DNA from: Fuerstiella sp.
GTDB lineage: Bacteria; Planctomycetota; Planctomycetia; Planctomycetales; Planctomycetaceae
DNA length: 64,000 bases
NCBI GenBank assembly: GCA_014238335.1
Contig: JABABI010000035.1
Span: 2,361-66,360 of the forward strand
Direction of reading: 5' to 3'
The position numbers and the translations under genes are program-made. The notes below the pieces were generated by a model, which was given only the letters and a program-made list of their open reading frames with translations, searched no databases and was not told where the DNA came from. This document shows, in pieces, positions 30,516 to 39,208 of this stretch. Each line of letters opens with the position of its first letter. Position 1 is the first letter of the stretch.

Positions 30516-33032
30516 ATGATGTCACGAGCCATCCCGTGCTTGTTTTTCGTGATTGCGACGTCTGGTCTCGTGTGCGCTGATGACGCAACGAAATTCACGG
30601 ATGATCAAATCGCGTTCTTCAATAACGACGTTGTTGAATTGCTTACCGACAATTGCCTGAAGTGTCACGCCGGAGAATCACCAAAGGGCGAACTTAACCT
30701 GACGACGCGGGCCGGAATCCTGATGGGCGGCGAGTCCGGGCCGGCAGTCGATCTGAAGAGTCACGCGGACAGTAATCTGCTTACGGCGATCAACTATGAA
30801 AGCTTCGAAATGCCTCCCACGGGGCAGATGTCACCGGAGCAGATCAGGACATTAACCAAGTGGGTAGAGATGGGACTGCCCTGGCCAGAGGATTTGCATG
30901 AGATCAAATTCGAAGAATCGCCCGGCCCACCAGTTGTCGACGATGAGACAAAAAAATTCTGGTCGTTCCAGCAGGTACAGCAGCCCAAAGTTCCTCACGT
31001 TGCTGACGCAGGCAATAACGCAATCGACGCCTTCATTCGCCACAGACTGACGGCTGCCGGACTGCAAGCTTCGCCAGCGGCCAGACCTCGCGAACTTGTG
31101 CGGCGAATGTACTACGACCTGCTGGGACTGCCTCCGGAACCGACGGACGTGGAACGATGGGCGGCGAGAATTTCAGCGGTCGACGGGGAATTGAATCAGT
31201 CGGGTGTCGCGGAACTTGTTGATCACCTGCTCGATTCGCCACACTACGGTGAGCAGTGGGGACGGCACTGGCTGGATCTGGTTCGCTACGCCGAAACCAA
31301 CAGTTACGAACGCGATGGCGCCAAACCTCATGTCTGGCGCTACCGTGACTACGTGATCCAGTCGTTCAACGACGACAAGCCGTACGACCTGTTCATCACC
31401 GAACAACTGGCGGGCGACGAAAAAAAAGAGCCCACACCGGACTCGATCGTCGCCACCGGCTATTATCGACTCGGTCGGTGGGACGACGAACCGGCGGATC
31501 CCAAACTCGCATTCTATGACGACATCGACGACATCATTACGACCACCAGTCATACATTCCTGGGGCTGACGTTAAACTGCGCTCGCTGCCATGACCACAA
31601 GATCGATCCTGTTCCTCAGCGGGATTATTATCGTATGGTAGCATTCTTCAGAAACGTGCGGCGTTACGGAGTTCGGGGCAACGAATCAGTTCTGGATGCT
31701 TCCGTGATGCCGATTGATCGGCCGGCTGATCCCGATATTTATCGGACGGCATTGACCAGATACGAAAACGATACAAAGGACGCGGAACGGCACCTGAAGG
31801 AAATCGAAAAGCTAATCTGGGACGACCTGCAGGATGTTGAAAAGGAAGAGTTCCAGTACGACATGAACCGAGTTCCGATTGTCGCCAAACGTGAGGGGAC
31901 GATTCTTAAAGCACCGCAGGTCAATCGCTATCGCAATCACTTCAACAGACTGCAAAAGCTGAAAGCCAGCAAACCGTCAGGACTCGCTGACGCGTTGTGT
32001 GTGAAAGAGGACCTGCGAAACACAGATGCCACCCACATTCTGACACGAGGCAATCCACATGCCGAAGGTGAGGAAGTGACTCCTGGATTTCCGTCTGTAC
32101 TGTCGCCGCCCGAAGCGGTAATTCCGGAACTTCCTGAAGGGGCAGCGTCGTCCGGACGCCGCAAGGTGCTGGCTCAATGGGTGGCCAGCCCGGCAAATCC
32201 GCTCACTGCTCGAGTCATGGTGAACCGCATCTGGCAGCACCACTTCGGTCGCGGCATTGTTCGGACGTCCAGCGACTTTGGCTTCCAGGGCAGCCGACCC
32301 ACTCATCCGCAACTGCTCGACTGGCTGGCTGCAAAGTTCGTCCAGAGTGGATGGTCAGTGAAGGATATTCATCGGCTGATCATGTCGTCTGCCGCGTACC
32401 AGATGTCTTCTCGACCCAACAAACAGAGCTACGACGTCGACCCGACCAACGATCTGTTCTGGCGGTTCGACATGCGACGGCTGTCGGCCGAAGAAATTCG
32501 TGATTCGCTGCTGTGGGCCAATGGCAGTCTGAACGCCGACAAAATGTTCGGGCCCAGCATCTACACAGACATTCCAGCAGCGGTGAAGGCGGGGCAGTCG
32601 CGTCCCGGTTCCGGGTGGGGAAATTCGTCTCCGGAAGACAAGGTCCGCCGCAGCGTCTACATTCACGTCAAACGATCATTGCTGGATCCACTGATCGAGA
32701 GCTTCGACTTTGCCGATACCGATCAAACCTGTCCGGTGCGTTTCGTGACAACCCAGCCAACTCAGGCGCTGGGCATGATGAACGGCGAGTTCATCCAGCA
32801 GCAGGCAGAAATCTTTGCCCGACTGCTGCAGCAAAAAACAGACTCGCCGGAGGAGCAGGTCACACTTGCTCTGCGGCGCGTGATGCAGCGACAACCAACG
32901 CCGGAAGAGGTGACTCGCGGCTTGAAATTGATCGAAACGCTGAAGACAGAACAAAAACTTAATGACGACCAGGCCAGAAAATACTTCTGCCTTGTCGCCC
33001 TGAATCTTAATGAGTTCATGTATCTGGACTAA
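30516..33032 (+). CDS. Planctomycete cytochrome c (PSCyt1) + DUF1549 + DUF1553 protein
   Basis: CLKCH haem motif; NAIDAFI, WGRHWLDLVRYAET, CARCHDHK; NPLTARVMVNRIWQHHFGRG. Confidence 0.93.
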   Translation: MMSRAIPCLFFVIATSGLVCADDATKFTDDQIAFFNNDVVELLTDNCLKCHAGESPKGELNLTTRAGILMGGESGPAVDLKSHADSNLLTAINYESFEMPPTGQMSPEQIRTLTKWVEMGLPWPEDLHEIKFEESPGPPVVDDETKKFWSFQQVQQPKVPHVADAGNNAIDAFIRHRLTAAGLQASPAARPRELVRRMYYDLLGLPPEPTDVERWAARISAVDGELNQSGVAELVDHLLDSPHYGEQWGRHWLDLVRYAETNSYERDGAKPHVWRYRDYVIQSFNDDKPYDLFITEQLAGDEKKEPTPDSIVATGYYRLGRWDDEPADPKLAFYDDIDDIITTTSHTFLGLTLNCARCHDHKIDPVPQRDYYRMVAFFRNVRRYGVRGNESVLDASVMPIDRPADPDIYRTALTRYENDTKDAERHLKEIEKLIWDDLQDVEKEEFQYDMNRVPIVAKREGTILKAPQVNRYRNHFNRLQKLKASKPSGLADALCVKEDLRNTDATHILTRGNPHAEGEEVTPGFPSVLSPPEAVIPELPEGAASSGRRKVLAQWVASPANPLTARVMVNRIWQHHFGRGIVRTSSDFGFQGSRPTHPQLLDWLAAKFVQSGWSVKDIHRLIMSSAAYQMSSRPNKQSYDVDPTNDLFWRFDMRRLSAEEIRDSLLWANGSLNADKMFGPSIYTDIPAAVKAGQSRPGSGWGNSSPEDKVRRSVYIHVKRSLLDPLIESFDFADTDQTCPVRFVTTQPTQALGMMNGEFIQQQAEIFARLLQQKTDSPEEQVTLALRRVMQRQPTPEEVTRGLKLIETLKTEQKLNDDQARKYFCLVALNLNEFMYLD

Positions 33033-33036
33033 AACC

Positions 33037-34497
33037 ATGACCATACAAAACTTCTGCGGACGTACGCGGCGCGAATTCCTGTGGCAGGCCGGAGCGGGAT
33101 TTACCGGACTTGCGCTCACGTCCATGCTGGACCAGGACGGCTTTCTGACTCAGCAATCCGTGGCGGCCGATGGCGCAGCAGACTGGACTAATCCGCTGGC
33201 TCCAAAGAAGCCACACTTTACCCCCAAAGCAAAGAACGTCATTTTCTTCTACTGCTACGGCGGTCCCAGTCACATCGATACGTTTGACTACAAGCCGACG
33301 ATGTATGGCATGGACGGCAAGACGATCGACGTGAAGACGTTCGGTCGGGGTGGTCACAAGAACCAGGGACGAATCGTGGAGCCTCGCTGGAAATTCAATC
33401 AGTACGGCGAGTGTGGCAAATGGGTCAGTGACCTGTTTCCCAACCTCGCAACCTGCGTTGACGACATCGCCTTCCTGCATTCGATGACGGCAGATTCGCC
33501 GATTCACGGGTCGGCGATGCTGATGATGAATTCCGGCAAGGTGCTGAGTGGTCATCCGTGTCTTGGTTCGTGGGTCAACTACGGCCTGGGCAGCGAGAAT
33601 CAGGACCTGCCTGGCTTTGTGGTGATGCTTGATCCTCGCGGCGGTCCGATCAGCGGTTCCAAGAACTGGAGCAGCGGGTACATGCCGGCAACGTATCAGG
33701 CCACGGTCATGCGTTCTCAGGGTGATCCGATTCTGGACCTCTCACCGCCCCAGGATCTGGCCAATGGCGGTCAGCGCAGACTGCTGGACACTCTGCGAGA
33801 GTACAATGAGGAACACCTGACACCTCGTCAGGACAACAGCAATCTGGCCGCGCGAATCGCCTCGTACGAACTCGCCTATCGCATGCAGTCAGAAGCCCCG
33901 GAAGCTGTGGACATCAGTCAGGAAACCGAGGCCACACAGGAACTATACGGCCTCAACGACCCCAAATGTTCCACCGTCGGTCGACAGTGTCTGCTGGCCC
34001 GACGCATGGTCGAACGCGGCGTGCGAATGGTGCAGATTTATTCGGGCGGTGCTCACAACGACGACAACTGGGATGCTCACGGTGACCTGGAGAACAACCA
34101 CAATCTGCACGCCGGTGAAACTGACAAACCACTGGCTGGGCTGCTGAAGGATCTCAAACAGCGAGACATGCTGAAAGACACCTTGATTGTCTGGGGCGGT
34201 GAATTCGGACGCCAGCCAACGGCGGAATACGCCAAGGGCAGCGGCCGAGACCACAACAGCTACGGCTTCACCATGTGGATGGCGGGCGGTGGCACCAAAG
34301 GAGGCACCAGTGTCGGCACCACCGACGAAATCGGCAGCCGCGCTGTCGACGACACCTTCCATGTCAAACATCTGCACGCCACTGTCCTGCACCAGCTGGG
34401 ACTCAACCCGGACAAATTGAGCTACTTCTTCGGCGGCCTCGACAACAAACTCGTCGGTGTCGAAGGCGCTTCGCCAATCTGGAAAGCAATGGCCTGA
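33037..34497 (+). CDS. DUF1501 domain protein (Tat)
   Basis: TRREFL Tat motif; GGPSHIDTFDYKP, CLLARRMVERGVR, WGGEFGRQP, GRDHN. It directly follows the DUF1549/1553 gene. Confidence 0.93.
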   Translation: MTIQNFCGRTRREFLWQAGAGFTGLALTSMLDQDGFLTQQSVAADGAADWTNPLAPKKPHFTPKAKNVIFFYCYGGPSHIDTFDYKPTMYGMDGKTIDVKTFGRGGHKNQGRIVEPRWKFNQYGECGKWVSDLFPNLATCVDDIAFLHSMTADSPIHGSAMLMMNSGKVLSGHPCLGSWVNYGLGSENQDLPGFVVMLDPRGGPISGSKNWSSGYMPATYQATVMRSQGDPILDLSPPQDLANGGQRRLLDTLREYNEEHLTPRQDNSNLAARIASYELAYRMQSEAPEAVDISQETEATQELYGLNDPKCSTVGRQCLLARRMVERGVRMVQIYSGGAHNDDNWDAHGDLENNHNLHAGETDKPLAGLLKDLKQRDMLKDTLIVWGGEFGRQPTAEYAKGSGRDHNSYGFTMWMAGGGTKGGTSVGTTDEIGSRAVDDTFHVKHLHATVLHQLGLNPDKLSYFFGGLDNKLVGVEGASPIWKAMA

Positions 34498-35759
34498 TGA
34501 ACTGTCGGGCGTTCGTTTTCCTGACGGTCGGCCTCTTTCTGCCACAACGCGCAGAAGCGGCCGAAATTCACATTCCGGCAGCGACTGCGTACCTCGATCC
34601 CAATCACAACGCCGCGCGCATTTCTGCCGACGATGGCATTACTCGATGGACCGGACCGGAAACAAGTGTGACCTGGTTCGGCCAGCTGCAGACGCCCGGA
34701 GCTCTGAGTGCATCAGTCGTGCTGCGTCTGCAACCGGAGACAACATCGCGACTAAAACTCAGCATCGGTGAACAGTCTCGTGAAGTCACCGTTCGTGGTC
34801 ACGCGACGGATTCAGTGACTGCCCAGTTCGGTACTTTCAAGATTGATGAGGGTGGCTATCACAGCTTCCAACTTCTGTCGTTGAATTCATCCGGACAAAA
34901 CAACGGCAGCGTACTGAAATTAGTACTGGTCGGCACGGCCGTCGACGACGCTCATTTCAACATGCAGCCTCGACGGAACGCGGCCTCGGTTCATCTGGCA
35001 TATCCCGTGCCGCGCGATACCCAGGTGTCGGCATTTTATTGCGAAATGACCGGTCTGGAAGATCCGCTGTGGAGTTACTACATGGCCTGCGGCTGGCATC
35101 GTGGGTATTTCGGTATGCAGGTCAACAGCCCGACCGAACGCCGTATCATCTTTAGTGTCTGGGACAGCGGTAATGAAGGAGTTGATCGAAACAAAGTGAC
35201 CGACGAAAACCGCGTCGTCCTGGTTGATAAAGGCGCCGATGTGTCCTCCGGTAGTTTTGGTAACGAAGGCACTGGCGGACACAGTCACCTGAAGTTCCAA
35301 TGGAAGACCGGAGAGAAGCAACGGTTTCTGGTCACGGCAGAACCCGTCGACACGACTCACACCATTTTTGCCGGCTACTACTTTCATCCGGACAAAAAAC
35401 AATGGATGCTGATATCCAGTTGGAAGGCTCCGAAAGAAGGTCGCCGTTTGCGCGGTCTTTACAGCTTCAGCGAAAACTTCATCGGCAGAAACGGACACGT
35501 CATCCGCAAAGCCCTGTACGGTAACCAGTGGATTCGGGATTCCGCGGGAGAATGGTCCGAAATCACAACGGCGAAATTCAGCCATGACGCAACGGGAAAG
35601 GCCCACCGGCGAGACCGATTTATGGGCGTTGAGGGCGGACAGTTTTTTCTGTCACATGGTGGATTCATCAACGGCTACACCGAATTTGGTGTTCTTTTCG
35701 AACGACCACCGACAAATCAGTCGCCCGCATCCATGAAACTACCGCCGCTGCCGGAATGA
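34497..35759 (+). CDS. DUF5077 + DUF3472 domain protein
   Basis: SYYMACGWHRGYFGMQVNSPTERRIIFSVWD, FGNEGTGG, YSFSENF; signal peptide; TGATG coupling with DUF1501. Confidence 0.82.
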   Translation: MNCRAFVFLTVGLFLPQRAEAAEIHIPAATAYLDPNHNAARISADDGITRWTGPETSVTWFGQLQTPGALSASVVLRLQPETTSRLKLSIGEQSREVTVRGHATDSVTAQFGTFKIDEGGYHSFQLLSLNSSGQNNGSVLKLVLVGTAVDDAHFNMQPRRNAASVHLAYPVPRDTQVSAFYCEMTGLEDPLWSYYMACGWHRGYFGMQVNSPTERRIIFSVWDSGNEGVDRNKVTDENRVVLVDKGADVSSGSFGNEGTGGHSHLKFQWKTGEKQRFLVTAEPVDTTHTIFAGYYFHPDKKQWMLISSWKAPKEGRRLRGLYSFSENFIGRNGHVIRKALYGNQWIRDSAGEWSEITTAKFSHDATGKAHRRDRFMGVEGGQFFLSHGGFINGYTEFGVLFERPPTNQSPASMKLPPLPE

Positions 35760-35952
35760 TGCCCCGAACCGCGTACTCGGCTGCTCTGCTTTTTTAAACA
35801 AAATGTCAGTCGACAGATCACGGGAACACGTCCGTCGCAAAATTGTTTTGCTGCGGTCAATTTACCCGCCGTGGCGTTTCTCGTAGCATTGTCGCTGCGC
35901 CGGGATGTGATGCCGGCCGAGAGTCACTGTTCGATTTCCGGGAGACAATTCG

Positions 35953-37290
35953 ATGTCCGATCGCCTGAGCCGACGTAACTTCCTAACCAGCAGTGCTATT
36001 TCCGGGGGGGCACTGGCCACGGCATGGCATGTGAATCCAACCGCTGTCACTGCCTCAAATTCGTCGCTGGAAAAAATCAACATTGCCGCCATTGGCACAG
36101 GAAATCGAGCGGCCGCGGATATCGCAGGTTGTGCCAGTCAGAATATTGTTGCCCTGGCGGACATCGATTCAAATTTTCTGGGAGCGGCAGGCGAAAAACA
36201 CAAAGGGGCGCGCAGGTACTCAGATTTCCGAGTCATGCTGGAAACCGAAGGCGACAAGCTGGATGCCGTCATCGTCGGAACGCCTGATCACACACATGCT
36301 CCGGCCGCGGCCATGGCCATGCGGATGGGAAAGCACACCTACTGCGAAAAACCACTCACACATACGGTGTATGAAGCACGCAAGCTGGCTGAACTGGCCG
36401 CGGAAAACAATCTGGTCACACAAATGGGCACGCAAATCCACGCGGGTGATAATTATCGACGAGTGGTGGAGGCCATCCAAAGTGGAACGATCGGGCCGGT
36501 GCGTGAAGTTCATGTGTGGGTGGGAGTAGACTATTCGGGTGGAAAGCTGGTCAGAAAATCGCCTCCACGCGGCGTCGACTGGGACTTGTGGCTCGGGCCT
36601 GCTCAGAAACGTGAGTACGTCGAGAGCACGATCAACGGAAAACACGAAACCGTTCACCCGTTTCACTGGCGCTGGTTCTGGGATTACGGCAGCGGCGGAC
36701 TGGGAGACTTCGGCTGCCACTACATGGACCTCGCTCATTGGGCCCTGAAACTGAAACACCCATCCACTGTTGCCGCAACAGGACCGAACCGCAATGACGA
36801 AGCGACAACTTCCGGAATCGTCGTCAAATACGAATATCCAGCGCGCGACGACCTTCCCCCGGTCAACTTGACGTGGTACGACGGCGGTAAGAAACCTGAT
36901 GTCCTGTCCGGTTATAAAGACCAGAACGGCAAACCCCTGGACTGGGGCGGAGGCCAGCTGTTTGTCGGTGAGCGCGGCGCGATCATCTCCAATTACAGCT
37001 CAAATCTGCTGTTGCCCAAGAATGACGGAGATCAACTGCAGCGTCCGGAACCTTACATCCCAAAATCCATCGGTCACCACAACGAATGGATCGAAGCCAT
37101 CAGGACCGGCGGCAGCACAACCTGCAACTTTGACTACTCCGGAGCATTGACCGAAGCCGTTCTGCTGGGTGTTGTTTCCTACCGCAGCGGTGCATCGCTG
37201 AAATGGGATGCAAAGAATCTGAGGGTGACAAATTCGCAGACGGCCCAGGACATGATCCACAAAGAATACCGCAACGGCTGGACGCTGTAG
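35953..37290 (+). CDS. Tat-exported Gfo/Idh/MocA family oxidoreductase
   Basis: SRRNFL; IGTGNRA; TPDHTH; YCEKPL; DWDLWLGPA; GDFGCHYMD. Confidence 0.93.
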   Translation: MSDRLSRRNFLTSSAISGGALATAWHVNPTAVTASNSSLEKINIAAIGTGNRAAADIAGCASQNIVALADIDSNFLGAAGEKHKGARRYSDFRVMLETEGDKLDAVIVGTPDHTHAPAAAMAMRMGKHTYCEKPLTHTVYEARKLAELAAENNLVTQMGTQIHAGDNYRRVVEAIQSGTIGPVREVHVWVGVDYSGGKLVRKSPPRGVDWDLWLGPAQKREYVESTINGKHETVHPFHWRWFWDYGSGGLGDFGCHYMDLAHWALKLKHPSTVAATGPNRNDEATTSGIVVKYEYPARDDLPPVNLTWYDGGKKPDVLSGYKDQNGKPLDWGGGQLFVGERGAIISNYSSNLLLPKNDGDQLQRPEPYIPKSIGHHNEWIEAIRTGGSTTCNFDYSGALTEAVLLGVVSYRSGASLKWDAKNLRVTNSQTAQDMIHKEYRNGWTL

Positions 37291-37329
37291 GACGATCGAG
37301 AAAAATGTCTGCTGACCTTCCCCTCGTGT

Positions 37330-37581
37330 ACGCAGCCAGCGTATGTGAAAGACTCCAGACCGGGGTTGCTCAGCAAACTTATTACCGCTGGCGCCAGAAG
37401 TACGGCGGAATGGCTCCGGAAATGACCAGGAAGTTAAAGGCTCTTCCCACCGTTCAGCATCACATTCGCGTCACGCAGCTTCTTGACGATCTGTTCCGGG
37501 GTATGTCGTTTACGTCTCTTCTTCATCTGAGAATCTCCTTGCCCGTCATCGGGCGTTAGACTCCCATACCATCTGGACTAG
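37330..37581. mobile_element. IS3-family remnant: OrfA N-terminus on minus strand joined head-to-head with an OrfA middle fragment on plus strand
   Basis: Minus from ATG 37526: MKKRRKRHTPEQIVKKLRDANVMLNGGKSL. Plus: GVAQQTYYRWRQKYGGMAPEMTRKLKAL. Confidence 0.8.
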
Positions 37582-39208
37582 CAGCGTGTCCGGGTACCTG
37601 CCTACCCTGGATATCATTTACGCAATCTTGTATTTGAGGTTGGGTTGACGGGACATTTTTTGAGTTGTTGAACGGGACCACGGATGAGTCGAAAGTTTCG
37701 CGAATGGCAGCCTGATGCGAGCTGATTTTTCCACCGTCTCCGAGAGACTGGCTGCCGGAAGATCATCTGGTTTATTTTCTACGGGATGTGACCGCTCAGA
37801 TCGATATTTCGCCAAGCGTTGAAGACTACGGGGACGACAACGGCGGTCCGCCACCCTTTGATCCGCGGATGATGCTCGTTCTGCTGCTGTATGCGTATAG
37901 CGCGGGTGTGTTTTCATCGCGTAAGATCATGCAGCACTGTGCCACAGACGCTGCCTTTCGAATCATCGTGGGCGAAGATATTCCTAACTATCGTCACATC
38001 GCCGAATTTCGAGCTCGGCATCTGAAACATCTGCAGCCGTTGTTTATGGAAGTGCTTGTGCTGTGTCGTGAAGCAGGCCTGTTGAAGGCTGGGCGGCTCT
38101 CGCTGGATGGCACGAAGATCAAGGCGAACGCGTCACGGAACAAGGCGATGAGCTACAATCGCATGAGACCGGAAGTGGAACGGCTGCAACAGGAGATTGG
38201 TGCTCTGCTGGCTCGGGCCGGTGGGGCGGATGTCACTGATGACGACCAGTTTGGCGATCAGGCGGGTAACGAAACCCCTGACGGACTGAAACGTCGTGAA
38301 AGCCGACTGGCGAAGATCCTTGAGGCAAAGGAAGCTCTGGAAGAGACGGCTCGCCAGAAGGCTCAGGACCACGTCGACAAAATGGAAGCGGAAGGGCGCC
38401 GGCATCGCACCAACCCTGATGAAGCCGTCCCCGCCCCGAAAGCACAGCGGAATTTTACAGACTCCGAATTGAAGATCATGAAGACTTCGAACAAGGAATT
38501 TGATCAGTGTGGAAATACTCAGGCAGTGGCAACCGATCAGCAAATCATCATCGCGGATAATGTCACCGATCAGGCGAACGACGTTCGTCAGACGGTTCCG
38601 ATGACGGATTAGATGATCGCCCATCCTGATGCCGCCCCGGCGTCACAGAAAGCATTAGAGCGCTCAGCGGCGACACGGGTTACTTCAGCGAAGAGAACAT
38701 GAACGCTCTGGATTCGAATGAACGCATCGAGGACATATTCATCGCGACCGGTCGTCAGAAGCACAACGACAAAGTGCCGGATTCGCCCCCAGGTAACCTG
38801 ACCGCGAAACAAAAGATGGCGAGTCGAAACCGAACAAAAAAGGGGCGAGCAGAGTACGCTCGTCGAAAGGTGATTATCGAACCGGTGTTCGGCCAGATCA
38901 AAGAGGGCCTCGGATTTCGCTATTTCCTCCTGCGAAGCCTTGAGAAGATGAAGGAGGAATGGAAGCTGGTCTGCCTGACTCACAACTTACTGATGCTGTT
39001 CAGAAGCGGCGCGATCGCGATAAGCTGAAATCGTTACCGTGGAGTCGTACGCCCGGAATTCCTGTCGTGTTCAACACCCCGAATCCGCGTAGCCGTCCCA
39101 TCGTCTTTGCCGTTCGCCAGACGCCGCAGATCAAACCAGGCGGCACACGAAAATTTTGAAGTTTTAGAACTCACCGGGACCACCACACGAGGCTTTCCGG
39201 ACAGCCTG
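37582..39208 (+). mobile_element. IS1182-family insertion sequence (degenerate), flanked by CTAG
   Basis: Imperfect terminal IRs CAGCGTGTCCGG and revcomp CAGGCTGTCCGG; CTAG at 37578-37581 and 39209-39212. Confidence 0.85.
37684..39028 (+). pseudogene. IS1182 transposase pseudogene
   Basis: MSRKFREWQPDAS* followed by a frameshift; then PPFDPRMM, LDGTKIKANAS, QRNFTDS, premature TAG 38610-38612, a second frameshift, and YARRKVIIEPVFGQIK. Confidence 0.9.

Noticed and set aside
37723-37725. In-frame TGA early in the IS1182 transposase as a second Sec codon
   Set aside because: It aligns to a Trp-type position, is immediately followed by a frameshift, and the gene has further stops, so this is pseudogenisation.
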